In this document: positions 30,459 through 32,000 of the stretch, piece by piece | How the letters are laid out: every line of letters starts with the position of its first letter | Position numbering within the stretch: position 1 is the first letter of the stretch | NCBI RefSeq assembly: GCF_000189295.2 | Contig: NC_016803.1 | Span: forward strand, 930,001-962,000 | Length of the DNA stretch: 32,000 nucleotides | From: Pseudodesulfovibrio mercurii | GTDB taxonomy: Bacteria > Desulfobacterota > Desulfovibrionia > Desulfovibrionales > Desulfovibrionaceae | Direction of reading: 5' to 3' | The notes under the pieces: generated by a model | What the model was told of the DNA's origin: nothing | The model's database searches: none | Seen by the model: the letters and a program-made list of their open reading frames with translations, nothing else | Made by a program: the position numbers and the translations under genes

Positions 30459-30737
30459 CTATTGCGTGGCCGAGGGCGGTTCCCAGACGCAGTCGTAGCG
30501 CATGGGCGACAGCCTGCGATAGGCCGTATTCAATTCCACATCGAGGGGTTTCATCCAGCGCGAGGCGAGATTGCGGCAGGTATTGCAGAACTCCTCGGGG
30601 TAGCTGCACACCAGACAATAGGGCTGGTAGTCGTCGCAGCTCAGGGAGTTCCAGGGACGTTGGCGCCCGAGAATGCATCGCTTGTGGAAGAAGACGCATT
30701 CCTGGCAGTTGTTTGACATCGTTAACATTTTCTGCAT
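30459..30737 (-). CDS. Small cysteine-rich protein (92 aa), unknown family
   Basis: Strong SD GGAGGA 7 nt upstream of the ATG. Cys pattern is C-x2-C-x6-C-x12-C-x6-C-x2-C-x6-C-x2-C plus one distal Cys. Local GC is lower than in the neighbours. Confidence 0.55.
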   Translation of the reverse strand: MQKMLTMSNNCQECVFFHKRCILGRQRPWNSLSCDDYQPYCLVCSYPEEFCNTCRNLASRWMKPLDVELNTAYRRLSPMRYDCVWEPPSATQ

Positions 30738-30966
30738 TGCTCAGTCCTCCGAACCGGGTATGATCTCAGTATGCCCTGTAAGCACGGCGGCCGCATTTTT
30801 TGTATTATAATCTGATCCGCCCAGCCTGTTTTTTCCCCGCCGGGCACGGAGCCGGGACCAACCCGCCGGAATGACGCGATTCTTCAACCGCACGCAATCA
30901 CGGCCTTGTCATTTGCCCGGTATCTGCTAGATTTCGCGGACCCAATACCGCCTTCGGAGGATATCG

Positions 30967-31371
30967 ATGCCCCTCATTCAATGGGACGAGACCATGTCCC
31001 TGGACATGGACGAGCTGGACGAACAGCACAGGGAACTGATCGACCTGATCAACGAGGCCTTTGACGCCATCCAGCGCAACGACGAACGATGCATGGCCCC
31101 GCTCATCGACAAGATGCGGGACTACGCCGTGGTCCACTTCGAGGCCGAGGAGGCGATCCTGCGCAGCTGCGGCTACCCCGAAAGCGAGGTCCACGCCGGG
31201 CAGCACCGCGTCTTCGAAGAGAAGGTGGAGGAGTTCCGGCGCAACCTGGCCGCCCAGGCCAACCTCTCCCAGGTCTTCATCTTCCTCAGCCGCTGGCTGA
31301 CCAGCCACATCATGCACGAGGACCGCAAATTCCTCCCCTGGCTCCCGGAGACGGACGACGAGGGGGCATAG
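30967..31371 (+). CDS. Bacteriohemerythrin (hemerythrin-like metal-binding protein)
   Basis: N-terminus IQWDETMSLDMDELDEQH and di-iron ligand motifs HFEAEE, HAGQH and WLTSHIMHED. Size is 134 aa. SD GGAGGA lies 5 nt upstream of the ATG. Confidence 0.85.
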   Translation: MPLIQWDETMSLDMDELDEQHRELIDLINEAFDAIQRNDERCMAPLIDKMRDYAVVHFEAEEAILRSCGYPESEVHAGQHRVFEEKVEEFRRNLAAQANLSQVFIFLSRWLTSHIMHEDRKFLPWLPETDDEGA

Positions 31372-31382
31372 CGAACAAAAAG

Positions 31383-31419
31383 AAAAAGCCCCTGCGCGGC
31401 AGGGGCTTTTTCTTTTTTC
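31383..31419. terminator. Bidirectional rho-independent terminator shared by hemerythrin (+) and tRNA-Arg (-)
   Basis: GCCCCTG-cgcgg-CAGGGGC (31388-31406), extendable by A-T pairs. It is followed by TTTTTCTTTTTT on the plus strand and preceded by an A-rich run. Confidence 0.75.
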
Positions 31420-31420
31420 A

Positions 31421-31497
31421 TGGTGGGCTATGCAGGATTCGAACCTGCGACCTCTTGCTCCGGAGGCAAGCACTCTATCCAACTGAGCTAATAGCCC
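31421..31497 (-). tRNA. tRNA-Arg (anticodon CCG)
   Basis: The reverse complement folds as a 77-nt cloverleaf. Acceptor is GGGCTAT/ATAGCCC, D arm GCTC-AGTTGGATA-GAGT, anticodon stem CTTGC/GCAAG with loop CTCCGGA, and T arm GCAGG-TTCGAAT-CCTGC. Discriminator is A and the CCA end is encoded. Confidence 0.9.
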
Positions 31498-31511
31498 ACG
31501 GGAAGGAAGTA

Positions 31512-31538
31512 GCTATACTTCGCGTTCTCGTTTGTCAA
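31512..31538 (-). promoter_or_regulatory. Candidate promoter for tRNA-Arg
   Basis: On the minus strand, TTGACA (31533-31538), a 15-nt spacer, then TATAGC (31512-31517), ending about 14 nt before the mature 5' end. The spacer is shorter than optimal. Confidence 0.3.
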
Positions 31539-31603
31539 GGCTATACTAAGCGATGTAAAAATGAAACAAGGACCGGGCAGAAACCGCGCCGGGCGGTTTC
31601 GCC

Positions 31604-31633
31604 TTGCAAAAAAAGATCAAAAAAGTCTATAGG
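31604..31633 (+). promoter_or_regulatory. Candidate sigma70 promoter for ubiX
   Basis: TTGCAA (31604-31609), an 18-nt A-rich spacer, then TATAGG (31628-31633), ending 28 nt upstream of the ubiX ATG. Confidence 0.3.
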
Positions 31634-31661
31634 TCTGAAGAATAGGACAAGCGGAAACAGC

Positions 31662-32000
31662 ATGGACAGCAAACGAATCATCCTCGCGGTCAGCGGCGCA
31701 AGCGGCACCCTGTACGCGGCCGCCCTGGCCGACGCCCTGGCCGGACGCGACGACGTGGAACTGCACGTCATCATCTCGGACGCGGCCCGCAAGGTCATGG
31801 ACCTTGAAACCGACCTGGCCCCGGACGCCCTTGAGCGGGGCGCGACCGCGGTCTACGCGCCCGACGACATCGCCGCACTGCCCGCCAGCGGCTCCTGGAA
31901 GCACGACGGCATGATCATCTGCCCCTGCTCCATGGCCACCCTGTCGGCCGTGGCCACGGGCTTCGGCCACACCCTCATCCACCGGGCCGCGGACGTGACC
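31662..32000 (+). CDS. ubiX: Flavin prenyltransferase UbiX (5' part, runs off the window)
   Basis: My own translation from ATG 31662 reads MDSKRIILAVSGASGTLYAAALADAL...HVIISDAARKVM...SGSWKHDGMIICPCSMATLSAVATGFGHTLIHRAADVT. It shows the UbiX motifs (SGASG, PCSMATL, RAADV). The frame is open to the window end, so it is absent from the ORF track. Confidence 0.85.
   Translation, partial: MDSKRIILAVSGASGTLYAAALADALAGRDDVELHVIISDAARKVMDLETDLAPDALERGATAVYAPDDIAALPASGSWKHDGMIICPCSMATLSAVATGFGHTLIHRAADVT

Noticed and set aside
30898-31482. 194-aa minus-strand ORF.
   Set aside because: It is antisense to the hemerythrin gene and runs through both the terminator and the tRNA-Arg gene, so it is not credible as coding.

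Overview
This is a high-GC (roughly 65%) chromosomal segment. Gene content and order resemble a Desulfovibrio-type deltaproteobacterium, but that is inference only. I support about 30 protein genes and one tRNA.

Every gene from 266 to 26343 is on the minus strand, packed into tight and often overlapping operons. In transcription order they are:
- a large NAD-glutamate dehydrogenase
- an ArsR-family repressor and an ArsP-like permease
- a NitT/TauT-type ABC transporter
- phoH-ybeY plus a membrane sensor with a C-terminal AlbA_2 (Schlafen-like) domain
- argF-argG-argH
- ftsH-folP-cdaA-cdaR-glmM-galU
- a LolA-like secreted protein and priA
- skp
- a secreted triple-SH3b protein

The last 6 kb changes character. 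It holds a plus-strand cheV plus standalone-Hpt pair and a minus-strand futalosine-type UbiD decarboxylase with a co-operonic unknown gene. Next is a small lower-GC patch with a Cys-rich 92-aa ORF, a bacteriohemerythrin and tRNA-Arg(CCG). The window ends in the 5' part of ubiX.

I see no CRISPR array, IS element, integrase or prophage signature.

The best candidate for something undescribed is the TM / extracytoplasmic domain / TM / AlbA_2 protein at 16151-17731, which is translationally coupled to phoH-ybeY. Secondary candidates:
- the c-di-AMP module (cdaA-cdaR) wedged into the ftsH-folP-glmM cluster
- the CheV plus orphan CheA-P1-like Hpt pair
- the Cys-rich ORF and hemerythrin patch that splits ubiD from ubiX

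All family assignments come from motifs read by eye in the supplied translations. No database search was run. Many long ORFs in the track are antisense or out-of-frame artefacts of the GC content and were rejected.
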